Assembly (NCBI GenBank): GCA_944323505.1
Contig: CALUST010000024.1
Location: 20,755 to 84,754, forward strand
Direction of reading: 5' to 3'
Source: an uncultured Bacteroidales bacterium
Lineage (GTDB): Bacteria > Bacteroidota > Bacteroidia > Bacteroidales > UBA932
DNA: 64,000 nucleotides
Below, one piece after another: positions 56,405-64,000 of this stretch. Position 1 is the first letter of the stretch; every line of letters begins with the position of its first letter. A program made the translations under genes and the position numbers. The notes under the pieces are model-generated. The model saw only the letters and a program-made list of their open reading frames with translations. It was not told the origin of the DNA and searched no databases.

Positions 56405-57616
56405 CTATCTGATTTTTAAATAATCAATCAAACGCGGAGCCTCATCAAGAGCATCAGAGAACACCGCAGGGGCAAAGTCCCGGAGATTGTACCTGCTCGC
56501 CATCACCTGCCCGTAGGCCCCGGCACTCCTTATCGCGACCAGATCCCCCCTTTCACTCACCGGAAGCAGCCTTCCCTGCCCCCACACATCGCTCGACTCG
56601 CACACCGGGCCGACCACATCATAGGACTGCAGCCCCTCCTCGTCATCCCTGCCAATGGCAGAAAGATTCTCAATCTTGTGATAGGCCCCGTACAACGCAG
56701 GACGGATAAGGTCATTCATCCCCGCATCAAGTATGAGGAAAGTCTTGGTCTCCCCGCTCTTCACAAACAGCACCCTCGAAATGAGAGAGCCGCACTGCGC
56801 CACGACCGACCTGCCCGGCTCGATATGCAGACGTTGTCCCGGCCTGCGGGGGAAGCCCTTGTCAAGAGCCTGCATCCAATCCTCAAAAGACGGTACAGGA
56901 TTGACATCCGGGGCCTCATAATCCACCCCGAGCCCGCCTCCGAAGTCCACATTGTCCACCTTCAGCCCCTTGTCCTCAAACCATGTCACAATCTCCCTCA
57001 CCCTGGCAGCCTCAAGCCCGAAGACATCTGACACCTCTACAATCTGCGACCCTATATGGAAATGCAGTCCGGTAAAATCTATGTTGTGGCACCGTCCGAG
57101 CAGGTCCACAAGAGCATCGAACTCATGCGAAGCAATACCGAACTTGTTCTCGAACAGCCCTGTAGTGACATATTTATGTGTATGTGCATCGATATTCGGG
57201 TTTATCCGTACAGCCACCCTGGCACGGAGTCCACAGGCTCCTGCCATCTCATTGATGACGCAGATCTCATGCAGGGACTCGCAATTGAAAGCCTCAATTC
57301 CCGCTGTCAGAGCCGCATAGATCTCCTTGTCGCTCTTCCCCACACCTGCAAACACGGTCTTCTCCGCCGGGAAACCGCATCTGAGAGCCATCAGCACCTC
57401 ATTACCGCTCACACAATCCGCCCCGAGCCCTCTCCCGGCCACAGTCTCCAGGATACGCCTCTCGACATTGGCCTTGACGGCATAATGGACATCGATATCA
57501 TATTTCGAAGCAAGTGAGACGAGAGTATCCAGAGTACGGCCAAGCAGCTCCATATCATAATAATAGAAAGGAGTGGCCATCTGTCCGAATTTCTCTATGG
57601 GTGTCTGGTCAAACAT
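56405..57616 (-). CDS. lysA: Diaminopimelate decarboxylase
   Basis: HYAVKAN, ENKFGI, HFHIGSQI, EPGRSVV, VGPVCESSD, AGAYG. Confidence 0.93.
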   Translation of the reverse strand: MFDQTPIEKFGQMATPFYYYDMELLGRTLDTLVSLASKYDIDVHYAVKANVERRILETVAGRGLGADCVSGNEVLMALRCGFPAEKTVFAGVGKSDKEIYAALTAGIEAFNCESLHEICVINEMAGACGLRARVAVRINPNIDAHTHKYVTTGLFENKFGIASHEFDALVDLLGRCHNIDFTGLHFHIGSQIVEVSDVFGLEAARVREIVTWFEDKGLKVDNVDFGGGLGVDYEAPDVNPVPSFEDWMQALDKGFPRRPGQRLHIEPGRSVVAQCGSLISRVLFVKSGETKTFLILDAGMNDLIRPALYGAYHKIENLSAIGRDDEEGLQSYDVVGPVCESSDVWGQGRLLPVSERGDLVAIRSAGAYGQVMASRYNLRDFAPAVFSDALDEAPRLIDYLKIR

Positions 57617-57739
57617 AAATTTAAATGAAAAACGGTTGCAAAAATAGGGAAAAAATCGTTAATTCGCGCTTTGAATCTCTGACTTTGTCAAAGTTCATGT
57701 AACAAATTGAAGAAATCACTAAATCTGAGGATTGGAACA

Positions 57740-58714
57740 ATGGAAAAAGGACCTATTTCACAGTTCATTACGCACAATTTCCGTCATTTCAACTCTGCAG
57801 CACTGGTTGATGCCGCAAAAGCGTATGACGAACACATGAAAAAAGGTGGAAAAATGATGTTGGCAATGGCCGGAGCCATGAGTACGGCCGAATTGGGAAT
57901 CTCCCTCGCCGAGATGATCCGTCAGGACAAGTTCCAGATAGTATCATGCTCAGCCAACAACCTTGAGGAGGATATAATGAATCTGGTGGCTCACTCCCAC
58001 TACTACAGGGTGCCGGGCTACAGAGACCTCACCCCTGCCCAGGAAAAGGAACTTCTCGACAACCATATGAACCGTGTCACCGACACATGCATCCCTGAGG
58101 AAGAGGCATTCCGCCGTCTTGAGCACCACCTGCTCGAAGTATGGAAGGACATGCAGGCAAAAGGAGAAAGACTGCTCCCTTATGAAGTGATGTACAGGCT
58201 CCTCCGCAGCGGCGTACTTGAGCAGTACTACGAGATTGACCCTAAGGACAGCTGGGTACTCGCAGCCTGCGAGAAGAACATCCCTATCGTCGTTCCTGCA
58301 TGGGAAGACTGCACCACAGGCAACATTTTCGCCGCACACTGCATCAAAGGCGAGCTCGATCCGCACATCATCAAGAATGGCATCGAGACCATGATGTTCC
58401 TTACGGACTGGTACAAGAACAACTCTGACGGCGAAGGCGTAGGCTTCTTCCAGATAGGAGGCGGTACTGCGGGAGACTTCCCTATCTGTGTCGTTCCTAT
58501 GATGGAGCAGGATCTCGGATGGACAGGCACACCGCTCTGGAAATACTTCTGCCAGATTTCTGACAGCACCACTTCCTACGGTTCATACTCAGGAGCTGTT
58601 CCGAACGAGAAGATCACTTGGGGCAAACTTGATGTCGACACCCCTCGCTTCATCGTCGAGTCAGACGCGACCATAGTCGCTCCTCTGATGTTCGCCTACA
58701 TCCTGGGCTGGTAA
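57740..58714 (+). CDS. Deoxyhypusine synthase-like protein (possible homospermidine synthase)
   Basis: MAGAMSTAELG, ANNLEED, IGGG, QISDSTTSYGSYSGA, EKITWGKL with the active-site Lys. Confidence 0.9.
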   Translation: MEKGPISQFITHNFRHFNSAALVDAAKAYDEHMKKGGKMMLAMAGAMSTAELGISLAEMIRQDKFQIVSCSANNLEEDIMNLVAHSHYYRVPGYRDLTPAQEKELLDNHMNRVTDTCIPEEEAFRRLEHHLLEVWKDMQAKGERLLPYEVMYRLLRSGVLEQYYEIDPKDSWVLAACEKNIPIVVPAWEDCTTGNIFAAHCIKGELDPHIIKNGIETMMFLTDWYKNNSDGEGVGFFQIGGGTAGDFPICVVPMMEQDLGWTGTPLWKYFCQISDSTTSYGSYSGAVPNEKITWGKLDVDTPRFIVESDATIVAPLMFAYILGW

Positions 58715-58732
58715 CAGCCTTCTGACTTACAC

Positions 58733-58779
58733 GGACTTGTCCGCCGGGTCATGCACACTCCCGGCGGATAAATCCTTTT
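58733..58779 (+). terminator. Intrinsic terminator after the DHS-like gene
   Basis: tccgccggg/cccggcgga stem (extendable), followed by TTTT. Confidence 0.65.
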
Positions 58780-58844
58780 AAAGCGGGACACGCACGGTCG
58801 CGCTGACATATTGACAGAGACACATTCTTAACCCACGGACAACC

Positions 58845-60005
58845 ATGTCTCAGATTCTGGAAATACAATTCATCCAGTGGACCGCACTGGCTGTATCGCT
58901 GACATTGGCCGCAGTCCTGCTGCTCATCAATGTCCCACGCACCGAATACGCAAAGAAACTGACCAGGTCCAAGACCACCATAGCGACCAATTTCCTGATC
59001 GGCGCATTTATCTTCGGCTACACACTGTACCACGAGGGGATTCCGGACTACGATGACTTCTCAGCCATCACCATGCTGATAATCACGGCTTTCTCGTCAA
59101 TCATCATGTCGTATTCCCTCATCAACCTCATGCAGCCGAGATACATCGACTCCAGCAGGTTCATGGTGAGCCTGTTCATCCTGTTCTTCGTATGTGCGGT
59201 GCTGACAGAATCGTTCTTCTCCGACAACAACCTGCTGTTCAGGATATCCATCATTACAGCCATAGTGCTGTACGTCATCCAGAACGTATGGCTCATCATC
59301 ATTTTCGACAAGGCCTACAGGAAGTCCCTCGACCTGCTTGAGAAATACTATGACGAAGACGAGGAACACAAGATCAAATGGATAAGGTTCTGCTACATCC
59401 TGACCATGCTCACGACCACATTCGTCCTCATCTATATGTTCCTGCCGAAAGACCTCATCAGGCTGTACACATTCTTCTACATCCTGTATATGATATATTT
59501 CGCCAGCAACTTCATCTCATTCCTCGGCAGCCACAAGCTCCTGCTGGACGCTTTCGGACACAGTGCATTCTCGGAGCAGCGGATGGTCAGAAAAAGACGG
59601 ACAGAACGCGCCAAAGGAGGCAGCCAGGACCCCGCCGACACAGATGACGTGAAGGATGAATTCAGACTCATCGAGACTTCCCTGAAAAAATGGGTGGAAG
59701 AAAAGAAATACAGGGAATTCGACAAGAGCCGTGAAGAAGTCGCCCACGAACTAGGGACGACAAAAGAGATACTCCAACTGTATTTCAACGAAAAAGTCGG
59801 ACAGGACTTCCGCAGCTGGAGGACAGAACTGAGGATAAAGGATGCTAAGGAGATGCTGCTGGACAAGAAAGACACGTCCATCAACCTGATAGGGGAAATG
59901 GCCGGATTCAGTGACAGATCCAACTTCCACAGGCAGTTCACCAGACTTGTCGGCTGCTCGCCCAAGAAATGGAGGGACACCTCCGGCCATCCCGAAATCG
60001 TATGA
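58845..60005 (+). CDS. Membrane-anchored AraC-family transcriptional regulator
   Basis: About 6-7 TM segments, then DFRSWRTELRI...IGEMAGFSDRSNFHRQF...GCSP HTH. Confidence 0.88.
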   Translation: MSQILEIQFIQWTALAVSLTLAAVLLLINVPRTEYAKKLTRSKTTIATNFLIGAFIFGYTLYHEGIPDYDDFSAITMLIITAFSSIIMSYSLINLMQPRYIDSSRFMVSLFILFFVCAVLTESFFSDNNLLFRISIITAIVLYVIQNVWLIIIFDKAYRKSLDLLEKYYDEDEEHKIKWIRFCYILTMLTTTFVLIYMFLPKDLIRLYTFFYILYMIYFASNFISFLGSHKLLLDAFGHSAFSEQRMVRKRRTERAKGGSQDPADTDDVKDEFRLIETSLKKWVEEKKYREFDKSREEVAHELGTTKEILQLYFNEKVGQDFRSWRTELRIKDAKEMLLDKKDTSINLIGEMAGFSDRSNFHRQFTRLVGCSPKKWRDTSGHPEIV

Positions 60006-60006
60006 A

Positions 60007-61527
60007 TCAGGCCTGATGAGCAGGTCTCAGGAGGTCGAGAACCACTTTTACAGGATTGAATGTCTCAAGAGGCACCTCCACGAAAAGCGTGTTCCAGTCG
60101 CTCATGGAGCCGTTCCAGAGACCCGGCAGTTCAAGGGCTTTCAGTTCCCTTCCCTGGTAACTCTTGGAGCTGATGAACCCGGCATCATGATCAACATGCT
60201 CAAGCAGATTGAAAGACTGTCCCTTGTAGTCATGCAGGCAGCAGACTATGTCCACTGGATTGAAATGAGTCGCAGATGCAAGGGCTGCCCTGGCATGTTC
60301 GTCTGCCATGTTTATCTGCACGCTCTCAAGTATCTGGAGTGATGTGGAGCCGTCTTTCTCGGCTATTATGAAAGGCCCGCCACCTGGCTCGCCCTGATTC
60401 TTCACCATACCGCACACACGGATAGGCCTGTCGAGCTTCCTGCGGAGCATCGCCACCCTCGACGCGCAGTCAGCAGCCTCAGGCAGACTGATGCAGAGTT
60501 CTTTGTCGAGGAAATCCTCTATCCTGTCGCACAGGCTGCGGCACTCATCCGAGCAAGGCGATGTGCAGGCATCCAACTCCCTTAGATAGCCGTGTATCCT
60601 GTCCCTCAGCTCCAGACATTTACCGAGAAGCACCTTCTTGTATCTGGCTGTCACCGGCAGGAGACGTTCATTGGACACATTGTCTATATTCTTTATGGAC
60701 ACCACCTCTTCCTTGAGGTTATTGAGATTGTAGATCAACGCTCCATGTCCTGCAGGACGGAAAAGCAGTTCCTCCTTCTCAGTCCGGAAAGGTCTGTTCT
60801 CCACATCCACCGCCACTGTATCTGTTGCCTTGTCCTGGAAAGTGAATGTGATATTGTACCTGACGCCGTAACGCTGCTCATACATTGCCTTCACCTCATC
60901 CAGAGCCTCCTCGAAGAGATGGCGGTGCTCAGGGGAAATGGTCACGACAATATTCGCAGACCCGTCAGGATTGCGCATATAATCCTGTGCTTCAACAAGG
61001 TGCTCGGCAAAAGCGGTCCTTGTCTCCCCGTCCGGATACCTGTGGAACCTTATCACGCCCTTTGGCTTTGCCCCGTAGTTCAGGCCGGCCTCTGTCAATG
61101 TCTTCTCCAGTACGGACTTCCTGTAGGCTGCACTGTCCTCAGGCTCACCGAAAAGTTCAGCACAATAGAATGCGAAATCCCTGATATGCGCGGCAAACCT
61201 TGCCGCAGCAGAATCAGGCCTCACATCCTCTCCAGCCCTGAGGGTCTCAAGCCCGCTGAACAGGTCCTTGAACATCCTCGATGCCGCCCCGGACGCCGGC
61301 ACGAACTTGCATTTGCCGTCCATCTCCGCACCCTCATAGTATGCCACCGCAGCATCAGCCGCAGCATCATCGAGCACGGCGATTCCCCTGTCCGGAGTGG
61401 CCGGAGCCACAATCCTCATCCACGGGAAACCTTTCCTGAATCTTTCGATCTGTTCTTCTACGTTCCTGACAGAAGAGCCCTTTGCCTCTATCTGTCTGAT
61501 GTCTTTTTCCTGAAACATTATTGTCAT
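60007..61527 (-). CDS. DUF4301 family protein
   Basis: KFVPASGAASRMFK, FRPAGHGALI, KNIDN, QGEPGGGPF, THFNPVD, LELPGLWNG. Confidence 0.9.
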   Translation of the reverse strand: MTIMFQEKDIRQIEAKGSSVRNVEEQIERFRKGFPWMRIVAPATPDRGIAVLDDAAADAAVAYYEGAEMDGKCKFVPASGAASRMFKDLFSGLETLRAGEDVRPDSAAARFAAHIRDFAFYCAELFGEPEDSAAYRKSVLEKTLTEAGLNYGAKPKGVIRFHRYPDGETRTAFAEHLVEAQDYMRNPDGSANIVVTISPEHRHLFEEALDEVKAMYEQRYGVRYNITFTFQDKATDTVAVDVENRPFRTEKEELLFRPAGHGALIYNLNNLKEEVVSIKNIDNVSNERLLPVTARYKKVLLGKCLELRDRIHGYLRELDACTSPCSDECRSLCDRIEDFLDKELCISLPEAADCASRVAMLRRKLDRPIRVCGMVKNQGEPGGGPFIIAEKDGSTSLQILESVQINMADEHARAALASATHFNPVDIVCCLHDYKGQSFNLLEHVDHDAGFISSKSYQGRELKALELPGLWNGSMSDWNTLFVEVPLETFNPVKVVLDLLRPAHQA

Positions 61528-61562
61528 TATTTTAGTGTATCACTTCTCAATAGCACAGCCTC

Positions 61563-62624
61563 TCAATCGACATAAATCTCCCGCCTGTAGCGGTATTCCG
61601 ACCTCAGCCTCTCAAAGCCTGCAGGATCCATCCTGAGCATGAAATCATCAGTGAATACAGGATAGTTGTACTGCAGCACGGATGTTATCTCCCCCTGGTT
61701 CATCCCTCTCAGGTCCAGATGTACCGGCTGCATCCCTGACCCTCCCTCCGACGGGAAGAAGTCATACAGCGGCTCTATGCCGAAATGCCTGGCCACAGCC
61801 TGCACTGACGAAGCCGTGCCGTTCTGCTTGCCCTGGTAAGAATAGCCCGCAATATGCGGAGTGGCGATATCCACCATGTCCACAAGTTCCGGGTTGATGT
61901 CAGGCTCATTGTTCCATGTGTCGATTATCACAGGCCCGAGTTTCGGGATGGCATCCATAAGTGCGGCATCATTGACCGTCTCTCCCCTGGAGGTGTTGAT
62001 GAAAAACGCCCCTGGACGCATGAGGCTGAAGAAATTCTCGTCCGCCATCCCTCTCGTGGTCTCGTCCAAAGGAGTATGCAATGTGACTATCTTCGAGTTC
62101 AGCAGCAGGTGCTCCAGCGTGCAGAAGCCCTCAGGACCTTCCTTGGCGGCACGCGGAGGGTCACACAGAAGCACATTGAAGCCGATATGCCTCGCCATGT
62201 GCTCTATCTTCTTCCCTACATTCCCCACTCCGATGATGCCCATAGTGTCCCCGGGAGAAAGTTTCAGGGACTTCCTCGATGCCGTCCCGTAAAGCGCCGA
62301 GAACACATACTGCATAACACCGCCCGCATTGCATCCCTGCGCATTGTGCACCTCTATCCCGTGCGAATTGCAGTAGTCAAAATCAATATGGTCAGTACCG
62401 ATGGTCGCTGTCGCTATCATCGAGACCCTCGTTCCGTCAAGCAGGGACGCATTGCACCGCGTCCTCGTCCTGATGATGAGCACATCGGCGTCCCTGACAT
62501 CCTCTCTGGAGATGGATTTCCCATCAATATATGTCACATCGGCATACGGCTCGAACACGCCCTCCAGAAAAGGGATGTTCCTGTCCGCCACGATTCTTAT
62601 CCTTGTTCCTGTCATAACCGTCAT
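61563..62624 (-). CDS. pdxB: 4-phosphoerythronate dehydrogenase
   Basis: IVADRNIPFL, IRTRTRC, TATIGTDHID, GVGNVG, HTPL, TPHIAGYS.QGK. Confidence 0.9.
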   Translation of the reverse strand: MTVMTGTRIRIVADRNIPFLEGVFEPYADVTYIDGKSISREDVRDADVLIIRTRTRCNASLLDGTRVSMIATATIGTDHIDFDYCNSHGIEVHNAQGCNAGGVMQYVFSALYGTASRKSLKLSPGDTMGIIGVGNVGKKIEHMARHIGFNVLLCDPPRAAKEGPEGFCTLEHLLLNSKIVTLHTPLDETTRGMADENFFSLMRPGAFFINTSRGETVNDAALMDAIPKLGPVIIDTWNNEPDINPELVDMVDIATPHIAGYSYQGKQNGTASSVQAVARHFGIEPLYDFFPSEGGSGMQPVHLDLRGMNQGEITSVLQYNYPVFTDDFMLRMDPAGFERLRSEYRYRREIYVD

Positions 62625-62630
62625 ATCCGT

Positions 62631-62975
62631 CTATCTGAGTATCAACTTCTTGACCTCCAACATCTTTCCCTTTCCGGAAATCTCCCCTTCATCATTCCTC
62701 AGGATATCATTCATGTCCTTCAATATCTGCGGTCTCCGCACGGTGAGCATACTCCTCACCACTGAGGAACTTATGCTGCAGCAGAGTGTCCCGTTGCGGA
62801 AATACCTGTCCATGGTGTACTCGGCAGCCCCCGAGGCCTTGTCCCAGGCGGCAAAAATCCGCCTGTCATTCAGCCCTGTCTCCAGTTTCAGATCCCGGAT
62901 ACAGTACTCTATCAGCCGCTCTATCGAATAAGGCTCGCGACGCCTGGTCACCATGTATTCTTCAATATTCTTCAT
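62631..62975 (-). CDS. DUF721 / DciA-like protein
   Basis: IFAAW...GTL..SISSSVVRS.L pattern directly after recF; start set at 62975. Confidence 0.75.
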   Translation of the reverse strand: MKNIEEYMVTRRREPYSIERLIEYCIRDLKLETGLNDRRIFAAWDKASGAAEYTMDRYFRNGTLCCSISSSVVRSMLTVRRPQILKDMNDILRNDEGEISGKGKMLEVKKLILR

Positions 62976-62980
62976 GCTCC

Positions 62981-64000
62981 CTATTGTCTGACAAAACAGC
63001 CTCCGCTGCATTCAAAATATGCCCTGTCCTCAGTCAGGCTGTCCACGAGCGAGGCCATGCGGACCTTGTTGCTGTCAGTTATGAATATCTGCCCGAAATC
63101 GTTGCCCGTCACCATAGCCAGCAGATTGGCTATCCGCTTCATGTCCAGTTTGTCAAAGACATCATCAAGCAGCAGGGTCGGGGCATAGCCGTAGCACTTC
63201 TTCATTATGTCATACTGCGCGAATTTCAGTGACACCAGGAAAGACTTCTGCTGCCCCTGCGAGCCGCATCTGCGTATCGGATAGCCGTCCATCCCGAATA
63301 CGAAATCATCCCTGTGCACACCTGCAGTCGTGTACCTGAGAGCCATGTCCCTGTCTGCCGTCCCCGCCAGTATCTCATCCAGAGTTCCCGCGTCCAGGTC
63401 TGACCTGTAAGAAATGTCCACAGACTCCCGGCCGCCCGACAGTTCCCCGTAGTATCCTGACACTATCGGAGCTATGTCTGCGGCGAACTGCCTCCTGCAC
63501 TTGTGTATATAGTCCGCATAACCTGCCATCCTCGCGTCGAACACGGCCAGCAGATCCCTGTCGACGGACTGTCCTTTGAGCATCCTGTTGCGCTGCATCA
63601 GCAGCCTGTTGTACTGCTGTACGGCAGCCAGATACTCCCTGTCCATCTGCGAGAGCACCGAATTGACGAACTTCCTGCGTTCCTCCCCCGACTCGCTCAC
63701 AAGAGATATGTCAGCCGGCGATACCATCACTATAGGCAGCACCCCGATATGCTCGGAGATGCGTCCGTAGGGCTTGTCATCGCGCAGGAACCGTTTCTCG
63801 CCACCTGCATCTGCCCGCACGGCGAACCGGCTCTCCAACCCGTTCTCCATCAGATACCTGCCGGAAATGGAGAACGCCCCGGTACCGTACCTGAAATTGA
63901 ACCTGTCGGAAGAAGAGAACGCGCTCTTGGTCATGGACAGATACCACACGGCATCGAGGAGATTGGTCTTCCCCTCCCCGTTGTTCCCAGATATGCAATT
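62981..64000 (-). CDS. recF: DNA replication/repair protein RecF (5' end outside the window)
   Basis: Frame continues to the window edge: NCISGNNGEGKTNLLDA (Walker A), GSQGQQKS, LLLDDVFDKLD. Confidence 0.96.
   Translation of the reverse strand, partial: NCISGNNGEGKTNLLDAVWYLSMTKSAFSSSDRFNFRYGTGAFSISGRYLMENGLESRFAVRADAGGEKRFLRDDKPYGRISEHIGVLPIVMVSPADISLVSESGEERRKFVNSVLSQMDREYLAAVQQYNRLLMQRNRMLKGQSVDRDLLAVFDARMAGYADYIHKCRRQFAADIAPIVSGYYGELSGGRESVDISYRSDLDAGTLDEILAGTADRDMALRYTTAGVHRDDFVFGMDGYPIRRCGSQGQQKSFLVSLKFAQYDIMKKCYGYAPTLLLDDVFDKLDMKRIANLLAMVTGNDFGQIFITDSNKVRMASLVDSLTEDRAYFECSGGCFVRQ

Noticed and set aside
56405-57616. lysA reinterpreted as an ornithine or carboxynorspermidine decarboxylase partnering the DHS-like gene
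   Set aside because: The motifs (THKYVTTG, ENKFGI, GPVCESSD) fit LysA, and it is translationally coupled to ffh.
55051-57740. SRP (4.5S) RNA near ffh
   Set aside because: No helix-8 GGAA/AGCAG signature in the flanking intergenic sequence.

Overview
This is a mostly housekeeping chromosomal window from a Bacteroidales (Bacteroidia) bacterium, judged from SusC/SusD genes, TAnnTTTG promoters, class-3 fbp, rny and DUF349/DUF3276/DUF4301/GSCFA genes. It runs from a partial nitroreductase and gapA to a partial recF. Accessory content: a six-gene N-glycan-type PUL (1.4-11.9 kb), a TPP-riboswitch-controlled TonB receptor, an IS3-like remnant, and a steroid 5-alpha-reductase plus old-yellow-enzyme operon. 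I found no rRNA, tRNA, CRISPR array or intact mobile element. The most unusual signals are non-coding. (1) A TPP riboswitch whose P3 arm carries a ~154-nt insertion containing two ~55-nt repeats, each with an 18-19-nt perfect antisense copy of the aptamer's own UGAGA ligand-binding strand; it is followed by a terminator that contains the start codon. (2) An orphan, promoter-driven, multi-hairpin ~260-nt sRNA candidate with three ACUAACCA motifs. (3) An RNase P RNA lacking helix P18. (4) A 6S RNA overlapping the zapA stop codon, with a terminator in front of rny. All family calls come from motif recognition by eye; no database searches or folding programs were run.
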